A DNA stretch of 64,000 bases from a virus: the IMG/VR virus record IMGVR_UViG_3300031951_009873, positions 16,475-80,474 of that record; one strand, written 5' to 3'. A program made the position numbers and the translations under genes. The notes below the pieces were generated by a model that was given only the letters and a program-made list of their open reading frames with translations, had not been told where the DNA came from and did no database searches. How positions within the stretch are numbered: position 1 is the stretch's first letter; every line of letters begins with the position of its first letter. Positions 9,662 through 19,362 of this stretch are shown one piece after another.

Positions 9662-10849
9662 ATGAATACGTCTTTAAATTTTATATTCCTCAATGACACG
9701 TTGACAGCAAATGGAGATGGGTTATTCGGCACATCTGGACCATTTTTTAATTATATACAAAAGGAAAACTTTCAGTATAGCCTCAGTGGGACAATTAAAG
9801 ATGGGTGTAAAAATATACTACCGATTGAAATTTCCAAAGGCGGTATGGGAATTAAAGAAATACCTAACGAAATTTTTGATTTTGTCAATACCAATGACAT
9901 AAAGTTATTAATAATAAACTTAGCGGACCCGACTGCTAAGAATCAATATATACAGTGCCTAAATTATCTAAAGGATAGGCATTTGGATTTTGATAAATTA
10001 ATTTATGTAGATAGTAATTTACAATTATCAAAGCTTAAAACAAATTTTACCAATAAAATTTATACGTTTAATTATTTTATAGAAGAGGCAACGTGGACAA
10101 AGGATGGGTTTTATGACACCAATAATGATCTCGGGTATGTCAGTAAACATATAGAAGTAAGTGAATTAGACAACTTCAGAAGTAAAAAGTTTTTATGTTT
10201 TAATAGAAATATAGATAGAGCACATAGATTTGTTTTGTTATATGAATACATAAAAGGTGTATTTCATAACTCATACTTTAGTTTTCTCAGGCCTATAGAT
10301 TATTTTAAAGAAAATCAACACTTCATTGAAAATTATAATCAAACCATTTTAACAGAAGAAGATATAGATTTTTATAACCAAAAGCTTCCAATTGAATTGG
10401 ATACACAAAATACAGAAAAAAAGCATGGATTTTCAGTTACAAATACTTTGAAAAAAGATTTATTTTTAGATAGTTGTATTCATCTTGTTACGGAAACCAA
10501 ATATATAGATAATGAACTGTTTTTATCGGAAAAGATACTGAAACCAATATTAGGGTATCAGCCGTTTATTGTATTCGGACCTCATGGATATTTAAAAGAG
10601 CTAAAAAAATACGGATTTAAAACTTTTTCTGATATTTGGGATGAATCATACGATGACATAAAAGACCCAGTTGAGAGAATGAAATCTCTAATTTCTCTAG
10701 TAAAACAACTAAATAATAAGAGTATAGAAGAGTTGAATGATATTTATAGAAGTACGAAAGAAATCTGCATACACAACAGAGATTTGTTTTATAGTTTAGA
10801 GTTAGATACATTAAAAGTTATTTTTGAGGAAATACAAAATGAATGGTAA
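9662..10849 (+). CDS. GT10-like putative glycosyltransferase, paralogue 3
   Basis: FLCFNR..RAHR, VTET..FLSEKILKPILGYQPFIVFG..GFKTF..WDESYD. Confidence 0.6.
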   Translation: MNTSLNFIFLNDTLTANGDGLFGTSGPFFNYIQKENFQYSLSGTIKDGCKNILPIEISKGGMGIKEIPNEIFDFVNTNDIKLLIINLADPTAKNQYIQCLNYLKDRHLDFDKLIYVDSNLQLSKLKTNFTNKIYTFNYFIEEATWTKDGFYDTNNDLGYVSKHIEVSELDNFRSKKFLCFNRNIDRAHRFVLLYEYIKGVFHNSYFSFLRPIDYFKENQHFIENYNQTILTEEDIDFYNQKLPIELDTQNTEKKHGFSVTNTLKKDLFLDSCIHLVTETKYIDNELFLSEKILKPILGYQPFIVFGPHGYLKELKKYGFKTFSDIWDESYDDIKDPVERMKSLISLVKQLNNKSIEELNDIYRSTKEICIHNRDLFYSLELDTLKVIFEEIQNEW

Positions 10850-11822
10850 AAGGGTTCTGATTACAGGCGCCAACGGTTTAGTTGGTAACTACATGATTGC
10901 AAAATGTATAAACCGTGGGGCATTAGTTACCGCAGTAGATATTGTAGAACCAACTAATCAAATTAAACAATATAAAGAAAATTATTGGTATAAAGATAAT
11001 TATAATTTCATCCAAGCCGATTTACGTGAATTTAGTCAATGTAAAGAAGTCGTAAAAGGTCAAGATATAATATTTCATATAGCCGGAGTAAAGGGTTCCC
11101 CCAAGAGAGCGATGGAACAACCCGCAGATTACTTCGTCCCAATGTTACAATTTAATACCAATATGATGGAAGCCGCTCGACTCGAAGATGTCGAGTGGTA
11201 CGTTTTTACGTCTACCGTAGGCGTATACCAACCCGCAGAAGTATTCATTGAAGATGATGTGTGGAAGACCTTCCCATCAGAAAAAGATAAGTATGCTGGT
11301 TGGGCTAAACGTCTTGGGGAACTTCAAGCCGAAGTATACCAAGTATCCTATAATTGGAACAAAGCATCTATTGTCAGACCCGCCAACATTTATGGCAGAC
11401 ACGATAATTTTGGTCTAGAATCTACCGTTATCGCTTCATTAATTAAGAGATTGTTTGGCGAAAAGGAACACCCATTAGTATGTTGGGGTGATGGTTCGCC
11501 TATTCGTGATTTCATTTATGCAGGTGACGTAGCTGATGGTATCATCCAAGCATACGAACAACGTATCACACAACCAATCAATTTGGGTAGTGGAACTGGA
11601 GTGACGATTAAGGAACTTGCAGAAACTTTAGTGGAAATATATGAAGAAATGTACGGTGTTAAGGTTGCAATCGAATGGGATCCTACAAAACCAAATGGTG
11701 ATGCCAAGAGATTGATGAGTACTGAACGAGCAGAATCGTTTGGTATTAAACAAAAAGTATCATTAAAAGAAGGATTGAAAGAAACTATAGATTACTATCT
11801 AACACATTTTAAAGGGAAGTAA
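10839..11822 (+). CDS. NDP-sugar epimerase/reductase (GDP-fucose synthase / GDP-mannose epimerase-like SDR)
   Basis: TGANGLVG, RPANIYG.HDNF, WGDGSPIRDFIY, NLGSG; YxxxK region reads YAGWAK. Confidence 0.85.
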   Translation: MNGKRVLITGANGLVGNYMIAKCINRGALVTAVDIVEPTNQIKQYKENYWYKDNYNFIQADLREFSQCKEVVKGQDIIFHIAGVKGSPKRAMEQPADYFVPMLQFNTNMMEAARLEDVEWYVFTSTVGVYQPAEVFIEDDVWKTFPSEKDKYAGWAKRLGELQAEVYQVSYNWNKASIVRPANIYGRHDNFGLESTVIASLIKRLFGEKEHPLVCWGDGSPIRDFIYAGDVADGIIQAYEQRITQPINLGSGTGVTIKELAETLVEIYEEMYGVKVAIEWDPTKPNGDAKRLMSTERAESFGIKQKVSLKEGLKETIDYYLTHFKGK

Positions 11823-11825
11823 GTT

Positions 11826-12809
11826 ATGAATAAGACAGATAAGATTTTAGTTACTGGAGCTAGTGGATTTATTGGTTCACGTTTATTGAAGATGTTACAT
11901 GAAACCGGGTATACTAATTTACGTGCTACATCTTGGAATAGAGAATTACGTGATACTTTATCAGATATAGAACATATTAAGGGTAACTTACAAGATGCAG
12001 ACTTTTGTGAAGTAGTATCAAAAGACGTTGACGTAGTATTTCATTGTGCAGCTAATACGTCGAACGCTCTTGATACCAAGTTCAATCCTCTTCTTCACGT
12101 TACTCCAAACGTTGAAATGAATGTGAACCTTATGGAACAGAGTTGGAAGAATAAGGTTCGTAAGTTTATTTTCATCTCATCAAATACCACGTATCCAGAT
12201 ATGGGTGACATTCCTTGCAAAGAAGATACAAACGTTCAAACCCCAGACATCGTTCCAGTCTATAAAGCGGTAGGTTGGATGAAACGTTATTGTGAGACTT
12301 TGTGTGATTTCTTTTCTAATCAAATCCACAATCCTATGCAATGTGTAATTATCAGACCTTCAAACGCATACGGTCCTAATGACAAGTATGATTATGAAAA
12401 GTGTCACGTAACACCAGCTAATATCCGTAAGGTAGCAGATGGACTCAACCCAATTCCAGTTTGGGGTGACGGTACAGAAGTCCGTGACGTAATTCACGTT
12501 GATGATATGGTCAGTGGATTTATTACCGTGGCTGAAAAAGTAGACACCTATGACATTTATAACGTGTCGTATGGAGAGGGATATACTGTTATAGAAGTTT
12601 TGAATGCCATCAAGGAAATTGAAGGTAACACAAATCCAGTCAACTTTGTAAACAACAAGGCACCAATGATTCCAGTTCGATTACTTGATAACACCAAGTT
12701 AAAGAGCTTGGGATGGTCACCCAAGTATGACTTACGTAGTGGCTTGGCAGATGCATTGCGGTGGTACAAGGAAAACAAGCACCAATTCAACCCAAATTCA
12801 CAGCCATGA
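11826..12809 (+). CDS. NDP-sugar epimerase/reductase (GDP-fucose synthase-like SDR)
   Basis: TGASGFIG, RPSNAYGPNDK, HV.PA.IRK, VWGDGTEVRD. Confidence 0.85.
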   Translation: MNKTDKILVTGASGFIGSRLLKMLHETGYTNLRATSWNRELRDTLSDIEHIKGNLQDADFCEVVSKDVDVVFHCAANTSNALDTKFNPLLHVTPNVEMNVNLMEQSWKNKVRKFIFISSNTTYPDMGDIPCKEDTNVQTPDIVPVYKAVGWMKRYCETLCDFFSNQIHNPMQCVIIRPSNAYGPNDKYDYEKCHVTPANIRKVADGLNPIPVWGDGTEVRDVIHVDDMVSGFITVAEKVDTYDIYNVSYGEGYTVIEVLNAIKEIEGNTNPVNFVNNKAPMIPVRLLDNTKLKSLGWSPKYDLRSGLADALRWYKENKHQFNPNSQP

Positions 12810-13321
12810 GCTACAAAGATGAATTAACAAATGCTATGAAACTGTTGATGGATAAACCAGAAACAGTTTTCATCGGTCAACAAATCGTGTACTACGGTAA
12901 TCCTATGTCAAAAACAATTGAGGGACTACCAAAAGAACGAATGATAGAAACTCCCGTTATGGAAGAAACTCAGATGGGAATGACACTGGGTATGGCTATG
13001 GCTGGTAAATTAGTAGTAAGTTTCTATCCACGGTGGGACTTTGTAATTTCTGCGATGAACCAATTGGTAAATCACCTTGATAAGTACACACTTATGACCG
13101 GTAAAAATGTTCATGTGATTATACGTGTTGGTAAAGGTTCGGATAAACCTCTGGACCCGGGCCATCAACATAAGGCAAATTACATAAAGCCGTTTGGTGA
13201 AATATTAAAAACGATAACCTTACTAGATTGCACAACAGTAGAAAGTGTAAGAAAAAATTATAATACAGCAATAAACACACCAGGTATCTATATCATAAAC
13301 GAATATCCTGAGGTATATTAA
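12806..13321 (+). CDS. TPP-dependent enzyme, E1 beta-like (pyrimidine-binding domain only)
   Basis: VFIGQ, IETPVMEE.QMG..LGMA, RWDF...AMNQLVNH, PGHQH. ATG at 12806 overlaps the upstream stop. Confidence 0.85.
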   Translation: MSYKDELTNAMKLLMDKPETVFIGQQIVYYGNPMSKTIEGLPKERMIETPVMEETQMGMTLGMAMAGKLVVSFYPRWDFVISAMNQLVNHLDKYTLMTGKNVHVIIRVGKGSDKPLDPGHQHKANYIKPFGEILKTITLLDCTTVESVRKNYNTAINTPGIYIINEYPEVY

Positions 13322-13322
13322 T

Positions 13323-14192
13323 ATGCAAAATGGAATATTATTTTTAGGTGATAGTTTTACATGGGGAGAGGGATTAGAACTTTATTGTGATACACCTAAA
13401 TGGATTGAAGAACGAACCCAACAAAATGGTTGGCCAACATTATCAACTAAACAAGACGAAGATGGTATTCGTTTTCGTGAAGAAAATAGATTTTCTAGAT
13501 TAGTTGCTAATCATTTTGGTAAAATTGATTGTGTTAATGACACAAATGGAGGATGTGTAGCGGGGTATATTAATGTTGCACATAAGTTTTTATTTGATCC
13601 TGATATAAGAATTGACACCATTATTATTCAATTTTCTATACTTGACCGAGAGCCTATTCATGGAAGTTTTAGTTGTGTGTGTGACTTTTGTAAAGCAACG
13701 GGATATCATCGATATTTTGAACAAGTAGAACACGTTATAGCAGCACTTATAAATGGTAATTTAACTGATAATCAAAAAGAAGCTTTAATATTTTTCGAAA
13801 AAAAAACAAATAGAAAGGCAACTGACAACGATTTTTTAGATGCTCTTATTAATGTAAGAGGAATCTGGTATTCCAATTTAGTACATGATTTTTATGTCAA
13901 TCATATTTTACACTGGGAAGCTTCTGGGAAACGAAAAATATATTACATAGATTCATGGGATAACGAAACAAGTTATAAATTACACAATTCAATTATACCT
14001 ATAGATAAAAAAGGAATTCCTTTAATTGGAGAAGATGATAGAAAATATCAAATATGGACCAAGTGGGAGAATTCATTCGAATTTAAAAACATATCACAGC
14101 AGTTTGTGAAAACTGGAAACGGTCACCCTACATTAAAACAACATCAACATTTAGCAAAATCTATTATACAATTTTTAGAAGAAAGACAATAG
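13323..14192 (+). CDS. SGNH hydrolase-like protein, paralogue 2
   Basis: LGDSFTWGEG ... NGHPT. Confidence 0.65.
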   Translation: MQNGILFLGDSFTWGEGLELYCDTPKWIEERTQQNGWPTLSTKQDEDGIRFREENRFSRLVANHFGKIDCVNDTNGGCVAGYINVAHKFLFDPDIRIDTIIIQFSILDREPIHGSFSCVCDFCKATGYHRYFEQVEHVIAALINGNLTDNQKEALIFFEKKTNRKATDNDFLDALINVRGIWYSNLVHDFYVNHILHWEASGKRKIYYIDSWDNETSYKLHNSIIPIDKKGIPLIGEDDRKYQIWTKWENSFEFKNISQQFVKTGNGHPTLKQHQHLAKSIIQFLEERQ

Positions 14193-14205
14193 GAGAAATA
14201 GTATT

Positions 14206-14334
14206 ATGTTTAAGTTTATTAAAAAAATATACAATTCTTATTTAGAAAAGAAAAAAAAGAAGCAGTTAGAAAAATTATACAAAGAACGGTTAGAAGAATT
14301 AAGAAAGCGTGATCCGTTCGTGTACAAGCATTGA
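14206..14334 (+). CDS. Small basic protein (42 aa, ends RKRDPFVYKH); not in the supplied ORF track
   Basis: AGGAG RBS at 14191-14195; ATG 14206 to TGA 14334 fills the intergenic gap; MFKFIKKIYNSYLEKKKKKQLEKLYKERLEELRKRDPFVYKH. Confidence 0.8.
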   Translation: MFKFIKKIYNSYLEKKKKKQLEKLYKERLEELRKRDPFVYKH

Positions 14335-14340
14335 TATTAC

Positions 14341-15594
14341 ATGCATAATAAAGAAACGTTTTGTATATTGCCATTCGTACATTTCTACACCCAACCAGAC
14401 GGTGAGGTAAAGCCTTGCTGTATCGCAGGTGGATTTGACAATAAACAATCTTTGCGGGATAAAAATCTAGAGGATATATTTAATTCTGATGAATATAAAC
14501 AACTCAGAAAAGATATGTTAACGGGAAAACGTAACAAGATGTGTGATATATGCTATAAAAAAGAGGATGCGGGGGAGTTTTCCCCTAGACATAATTATAA
14601 TAACAATCTTACAATTGGTGGTCCATGTGAATGGACTACTCCCGTGATACACGAAGATTATTCTGTACCTATCGAGTTTCAGCATATCGATATTAGATTT
14701 TCTAATCTATGTAATTTTAAGTGTAGAATGTGTAATCATTCCTTTTCTTCCCATTGGTATGAGGATTCCCAGAAAATAAAAGTGGGAAATCATCATATAT
14801 ATGCGACAAACGAGAACACAAAGATAATAGAAGCAAGTAAAACAATTATCGAAGATTTACTACCGTACTTAAAAAATTTAAAGAGTGTATATTTTGCAGG
14901 TGGTGAACCATTAATTAATGAGAAGCATTACAACTTGTTGGTTTGGTTAAGTGAAAATTTAGAGGATACCAATGACACTAATGGATTGGGTGCTCGTAAA
15001 AAGTTATCGATGCACTATAATACCAACTTGTCAGTTTTGAAATATCGTGATTATGATTTTGTGAAGTATTGGAAGAAATTTAAACGCGTACACTTAGCTA
15101 TATCATGTGACGGAATCGGTAATGTAGGAGAATACCAACGAGTTGGATTTAATCATACTACATTTATAAAAAACTTAAAAGAATTACAAACATACGCAAT
15201 ATCAAAGTCAACAACAGGACAAATAGATAATATTTCGTATAGTTTTCAGTACACTACTACAATTTTTAACATAGAACACATATTTGAATTTATAAATTTT
15301 ATGATGGAAAATAAATTCATTGATAGTGAAGATTGTATTAATTTTTATTATGCATGGGGTCCATTGATGTCAGTAAACAATATGTCCGATACTGATAAAA
15401 GAAGAATTACGGATATGTTTACAAAAAATATAAATAATATTTCATCAGAGATTACAAAAAGTCAGTTGACGGCGATAGTAAATTATATGAATAGTTCACC
15501 TACACATGAAATCAGTTTACTTAATGAATTGGTTACAAAACTAGATGATTTACACGGAACCGATTACAAAACTATAACTAACATACGACTATAG
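14341..15594 (+). CDS. Radical SAM enzyme with N-terminal twitch/SPASM-like domain
   Basis: FCILPF..PDG.VKPCC..C..C N-terminal module; NLCNFKCRMC; FAGGEP; YNTN. Confidence 0.9.
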   Translation: MHNKETFCILPFVHFYTQPDGEVKPCCIAGGFDNKQSLRDKNLEDIFNSDEYKQLRKDMLTGKRNKMCDICYKKEDAGEFSPRHNYNNNLTIGGPCEWTTPVIHEDYSVPIEFQHIDIRFSNLCNFKCRMCNHSFSSHWYEDSQKIKVGNHHIYATNENTKIIEASKTIIEDLLPYLKNLKSVYFAGGEPLINEKHYNLLVWLSENLEDTNDTNGLGARKKLSMHYNTNLSVLKYRDYDFVKYWKKFKRVHLAISCDGIGNVGEYQRVGFNHTTFIKNLKELQTYAISKSTTGQIDNISYSFQYTTTIFNIEHIFEFINFMMENKFIDSEDCINFYYAWGPLMSVNNMSDTDKRRITDMFTKNINNISSEITKSQLTAIVNYMNSSPTHEISLLNELVTKLDDLHGTDYKTITNIRL

Positions 15595-15600
15595 AACAAA

Positions 15601-16539
15601 ATGAAATATATATTAGCTACGGGATGTTCATTTACAAACAATATAAGATTGAATCCAGATATACCGCAACAAGATACGGAACACAAAAGACGTTCTTGGC
15701 CGTATTATTTACAGCAAGAACTTGGAAATGAGTATTGTGTTTTAAATTATGGTGGAGCAACTAATGATAATGTGTCAATGTGTAGAATTATATTATATCA
15801 CATAAATCGTTTGTTGAAAGAAAACATAGACCCAAAAGATATAAAGATTATACTCCAATGGTCATCTGGTACTAGACAAGCAATTTATATGAGTAGACAG
15901 ATGGATAAATATTCTCATAGTATGGGGCACACATTGGTCTATCATAATAATTGGGAAACAACACCCGGAGTGTTTTATTTGACAGGTGGGTTTGACCCCC
16001 CGATGGGACCTGGTAGTGCAATAGAAAAATTTGGTATATATAATGCGATAAAGTACTGGCAAGCGGAAATTATGTGGGATAACCATATCAATACCGTTAT
16101 GCCTTGGTTAGAAATGTGGTTATTACTAGAAAAAACTTGTAAAGAATTGGGCATTGATGCGTATTACATGAATATGTGGGATAACTTTTCCCACCAATCG
16201 GAGTCCAATTTTACAAAAAATGGTAATAGCTTGCAGTTATATGGTAATCCAACCACAGATATTTGGATGGATAAAATTGAAGTTTTAAAACCATACCTTG
16301 ACAAGTTACCAATAAAGTCTGATAGACACTGGCATCATGAAAATTATAAGGGATTACTGGAATGGGCCATAGATACTAGAGATGATAATATACCTGTATT
16401 CCAAGAGTTCGATGAATATAAAGCAAAAACGTTTGAAGAGTATTTATATGCTACTGGTGGAAATTCGTGGGGACATCCTTCCGCTGAAATGATGGGAATA
16501 TTTGTTAGAACAGAACTTCTTAAGTTGATAAAATTATGA
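15601..16539 (+). CDS. SGNH hydrolase-like protein, paralogue 3
   Basis: TGCSFT, SWP, GATN, QWS, WGHPS. Confidence 0.65.
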   Translation: MKYILATGCSFTNNIRLNPDIPQQDTEHKRRSWPYYLQQELGNEYCVLNYGGATNDNVSMCRIILYHINRLLKENIDPKDIKIILQWSSGTRQAIYMSRQMDKYSHSMGHTLVYHNNWETTPGVFYLTGGFDPPMGPGSAIEKFGIYNAIKYWQAEIMWDNHINTVMPWLEMWLLLEKTCKELGIDAYYMNMWDNFSHQSESNFTKNGNSLQLYGNPTTDIWMDKIEVLKPYLDKLPIKSDRHWHHENYKGLLEWAIDTRDDNIPVFQEFDEYKAKTFEEYLYATGGNSWGHPSAEMMGIFVRTELLKLIKL

Positions 16540-18647
16540 ACTTATACAAAAAGAAATATCTATATGCGAATGGTTCTTCCGTGACTGCAGGTGGTGGGTT
16601 TGAACCAATAGAAAAAAGAACGGATGTACGGCCATTTTATGAACAAAAAGGAATCAAATTGCCCGATACACAAATTGAGTGTTCTTATCCTTATTTTATC
16701 GCAAAAAAATTGAATCTTGAACTAATAAACGAAGCTAAAAGTGGTAGTGGTATCGATAGATTGATACGAACCACCCTAGATTGGATATTAGCTAATGAAG
16801 ATATAGTAGACCAAACAATCTTTATATTAGAACCACAGGTTGGTATACGTCTAGATTGGTATGTTTTTGAATGGCAAGACTATGGTGTGTTGAACGCACA
16901 TAGGAATGGACAAGGAGAGTACCCGTTTACTCTGGTCAAAGAATATTTCGAAGACGATGTAGAGGAGCAAATCGACTGGAATCTAAAATATAAGTCAGCG
17001 ATAGATGGATATTTCTCTAATTTTTATGATCCAGATGAGCAATATAAATCTGAGTTCAAGCGATTAATATTATTTTTGGAATTTTTAAACAGTAGAAAGA
17101 TAGATTATCTTGTTTCAATGCCAAGTCATTTGGATTTTGGATTGTACGAACAGTTTAAAAAAGTTATTCCGAAAAAATGTAATCTATTTTATGCATTTAA
17201 AGAAGCAATAGCAAAAGCTTCTCCTAATGGTTGGGCAACAACCGGTCCTACTTGTGTATGGGAATATGCAAGATATTCTGAAATTTTAATATATAATGAA
17301 ACTGATAGTGAAGATAATCACATAGGTTACAAGGGAAATCAAATCGTAGCAGATATAATCACGGATTATATCAGATACAACAATTTCATCAAATATTATT
17401 CTGACAAACATTCGTATAATTTAGATGGAAATATCTATGTAAAAAATTTATCAATAAAGTTTGATAGAGTAGAAAATGTTGAAGATGCAGATTTTATATA
17501 TTTGGGTGATATGAACATATTCAATTATGAGCATGTACTCAGACATTCTGGTGTATTTCACAATATCGTAGGTTATAGTGACACATTCCAAAAAATGGAA
17601 GATTATGTAAAATCAGTTGATGAAACTTGGTCATGGTTGAGGGAAATCAATAAGAAGGGAAAAAGATTTTTTATAAAACTGTTTCATGAAAGAGTATTTA
17701 CAACAACATTTATACATTTTCTTGATTTTATGGAAAAAGAATATGGTATAAAATCTTCACAGATATGGTATCTGGACTGTAATATAACAGACTATCCATG
17801 TACTAATACTGTACCGTTGGAATTAAAACTTAGATCATTTGCTGCGTTAGATGCCTCAGAGGGTATAGTGGATGTAGATGTTTTTAATAAACCGGATGAT
17901 AACTTTAGAAACAAAAAACTAATTTCGTTGAATAATAAAGTTACCTTTAATAGATTGTTGGTATTTGATAGAATATTAAAAGAATACAATGACCACAATT
18001 TACTAAGAAAAGAGAACATAATTTCTATGAGAGAGGATGGTGGAGTAAATGTACCATCAAATGAACCTCTATTTTCTCGTAACTTGAAAAATGATATACG
18101 TAGGTATGCGGATATACAACTCCCATGGTATATTGATTCTTGGACCAGAGAAACACAACAAGTAAACGCAAGTGAAGTGTTATTGGATATTATAAATTAT
18201 CATAGACAATGCATATTTTCAATAACAAACGAAACGGAAAGACAATTATATTATGAATATGATATGACACGTGATTATGAACTGCTAAAAGAAATACAGT
18301 TCAGTGAAAAATGTATAGTGCCTATACTTGGGGGAGTATTTCCGTTCATCATAACCGATGGATTATTTTATAGAAATATGGAAAAAATTGGATTTGACTT
18401 TAGTTATCTTAAAAAGTTCTTTGACATAGATTATTTAACAAATACCTTAAGTCAAAATACAGAATCGGTTTCAAAAATAGCAAAGTTTGTAGCAAACACA
18501 TCTATTGAAGAATTAAACAAATTTAGAAAAGAAAACTATCACTATATTAAACATAATAGAAAATTATTATTAGATATTATGATAGGTGATTGCGGAGAAA
18601 CAGAATTGAAATTTTGGGAAAGGCTTAGTGGAAAAAGCCTACGATGA
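16536..18647 (+). CDS. Fusion: N-terminal SGNH-like domain (paralogue 4) + C-terminal GT10-like domain (paralogue 4)
   Basis: NGSSVTAGGG..SGSG..DNHIG..G in the first ~280 aa; KKLISLN..NR and ITNET..FSEKCIVPILGG.FPF..GFD in the C-terminal half. Confidence 0.6.
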   Translation: MNLYKKKYLYANGSSVTAGGGFEPIEKRTDVRPFYEQKGIKLPDTQIECSYPYFIAKKLNLELINEAKSGSGIDRLIRTTLDWILANEDIVDQTIFILEPQVGIRLDWYVFEWQDYGVLNAHRNGQGEYPFTLVKEYFEDDVEEQIDWNLKYKSAIDGYFSNFYDPDEQYKSEFKRLILFLEFLNSRKIDYLVSMPSHLDFGLYEQFKKVIPKKCNLFYAFKEAIAKASPNGWATTGPTCVWEYARYSEILIYNETDSEDNHIGYKGNQIVADIITDYIRYNNFIKYYSDKHSYNLDGNIYVKNLSIKFDRVENVEDADFIYLGDMNIFNYEHVLRHSGVFHNIVGYSDTFQKMEDYVKSVDETWSWLREINKKGKRFFIKLFHERVFTTTFIHFLDFMEKEYGIKSSQIWYLDCNITDYPCTNTVPLELKLRSFAALDASEGIVDVDVFNKPDDNFRNKKLISLNNKVTFNRLLVFDRILKEYNDHNLLRKENIISMREDGGVNVPSNEPLFSRNLKNDIRRYADIQLPWYIDSWTRETQQVNASEVLLDIINYHRQCIFSITNETERQLYYEYDMTRDYELLKEIQFSEKCIVPILGGVFPFIITDGLFYRNMEKIGFDFSYLKKFFDIDYLTNTLSQNTESVSKIAKFVANTSIEELNKFRKENYHYIKHNRKLLLDIMIGDCGETELKFWERLSGKSLR

Positions 18648-18648
18648 T

Positions 18649-19362
18649 ATGAAAGTACTATATTCCAATGGAGATTCCGTTATCTGGGGAGCAGAATTAG
18701 AAAACAAAACAGAGGAAAGATTTTCAAAGTTATTAGCAGATAAGTTGAAAATGGTTGATTGCAACAATGCTTCTGCTGGGGTGTCAAACGACTATATCTA
18801 CCGACAAACGATGAGAGATGTCTCTCATTGGTTAGACACTAAACAAATATGGAGTGAAGAATCTGATTGGGTCAGCGCAGATGAAATCCTTATAATTATT
18901 GGGTGGACCTCCCCTACCAGATTTGAATGGTGGAACGGACAACAATACATTCAAGAAAGATTGTGGACAGGATATGATAAGTGGGGCAATCCAGACTTAC
19001 ATAGAACTACAGAAGATGAGTTCGTATTGCATCAAACAGAACTTATTCCATCTTATATACGAACGCTAAACCATATTAATGCTTTACATGCATTTCTTAC
19101 AGTAAATACAATTCCTCATTATTTTTTCAATGTGTTCTATGAATATGAAGACTTATACGAACCAACGGATAAAATAGACACTTTTGGTAGAAAAAATTAC
19201 CAATTATCGACAAATTCTTTGTTAAAACTCACTCCAAACTCGTTTAGAAGCAAGACGATGTATAATTATATAAAGGAGAACGGGGGTGGATTTTTACCTA
19301 GAAATCACCCCGATAAACTGTCCCACAAGTTATGGGCGGAGTTTTTATTTAAGGAGGTTTGA
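18649..19362 (+). CDS. SGNH hydrolase-like protein, paralogue 5
   Basis: NGDSVIWGAEL, AGVSND.IYR, IGWT...RFE, RNHP. Confidence 0.7.
   Translation: MKVLYSNGDSVIWGAELENKTEERFSKLLADKLKMVDCNNASAGVSNDYIYRQTMRDVSHWLDTKQIWSEESDWVSADEILIIIGWTSPTRFEWWNGQQYIQERLWTGYDKWGNPDLHRTTEDEFVLHQTELIPSYIRTLNHINALHAFLTVNTIPHYFFNVFYEYEDLYEPTDKIDTFGRKNYQLSTNSLLKLTPNSFRSKTMYNYIKENGGGFLPRNHPDKLSHKLWAEFLFKEV

Noticed and set aside
6396-13321. Pyruvate dehydrogenase as a central-metabolism AMG
   Set aside because: The subunits are truncated and separated, lack E2/E3, and are embedded among NDP-sugar genes
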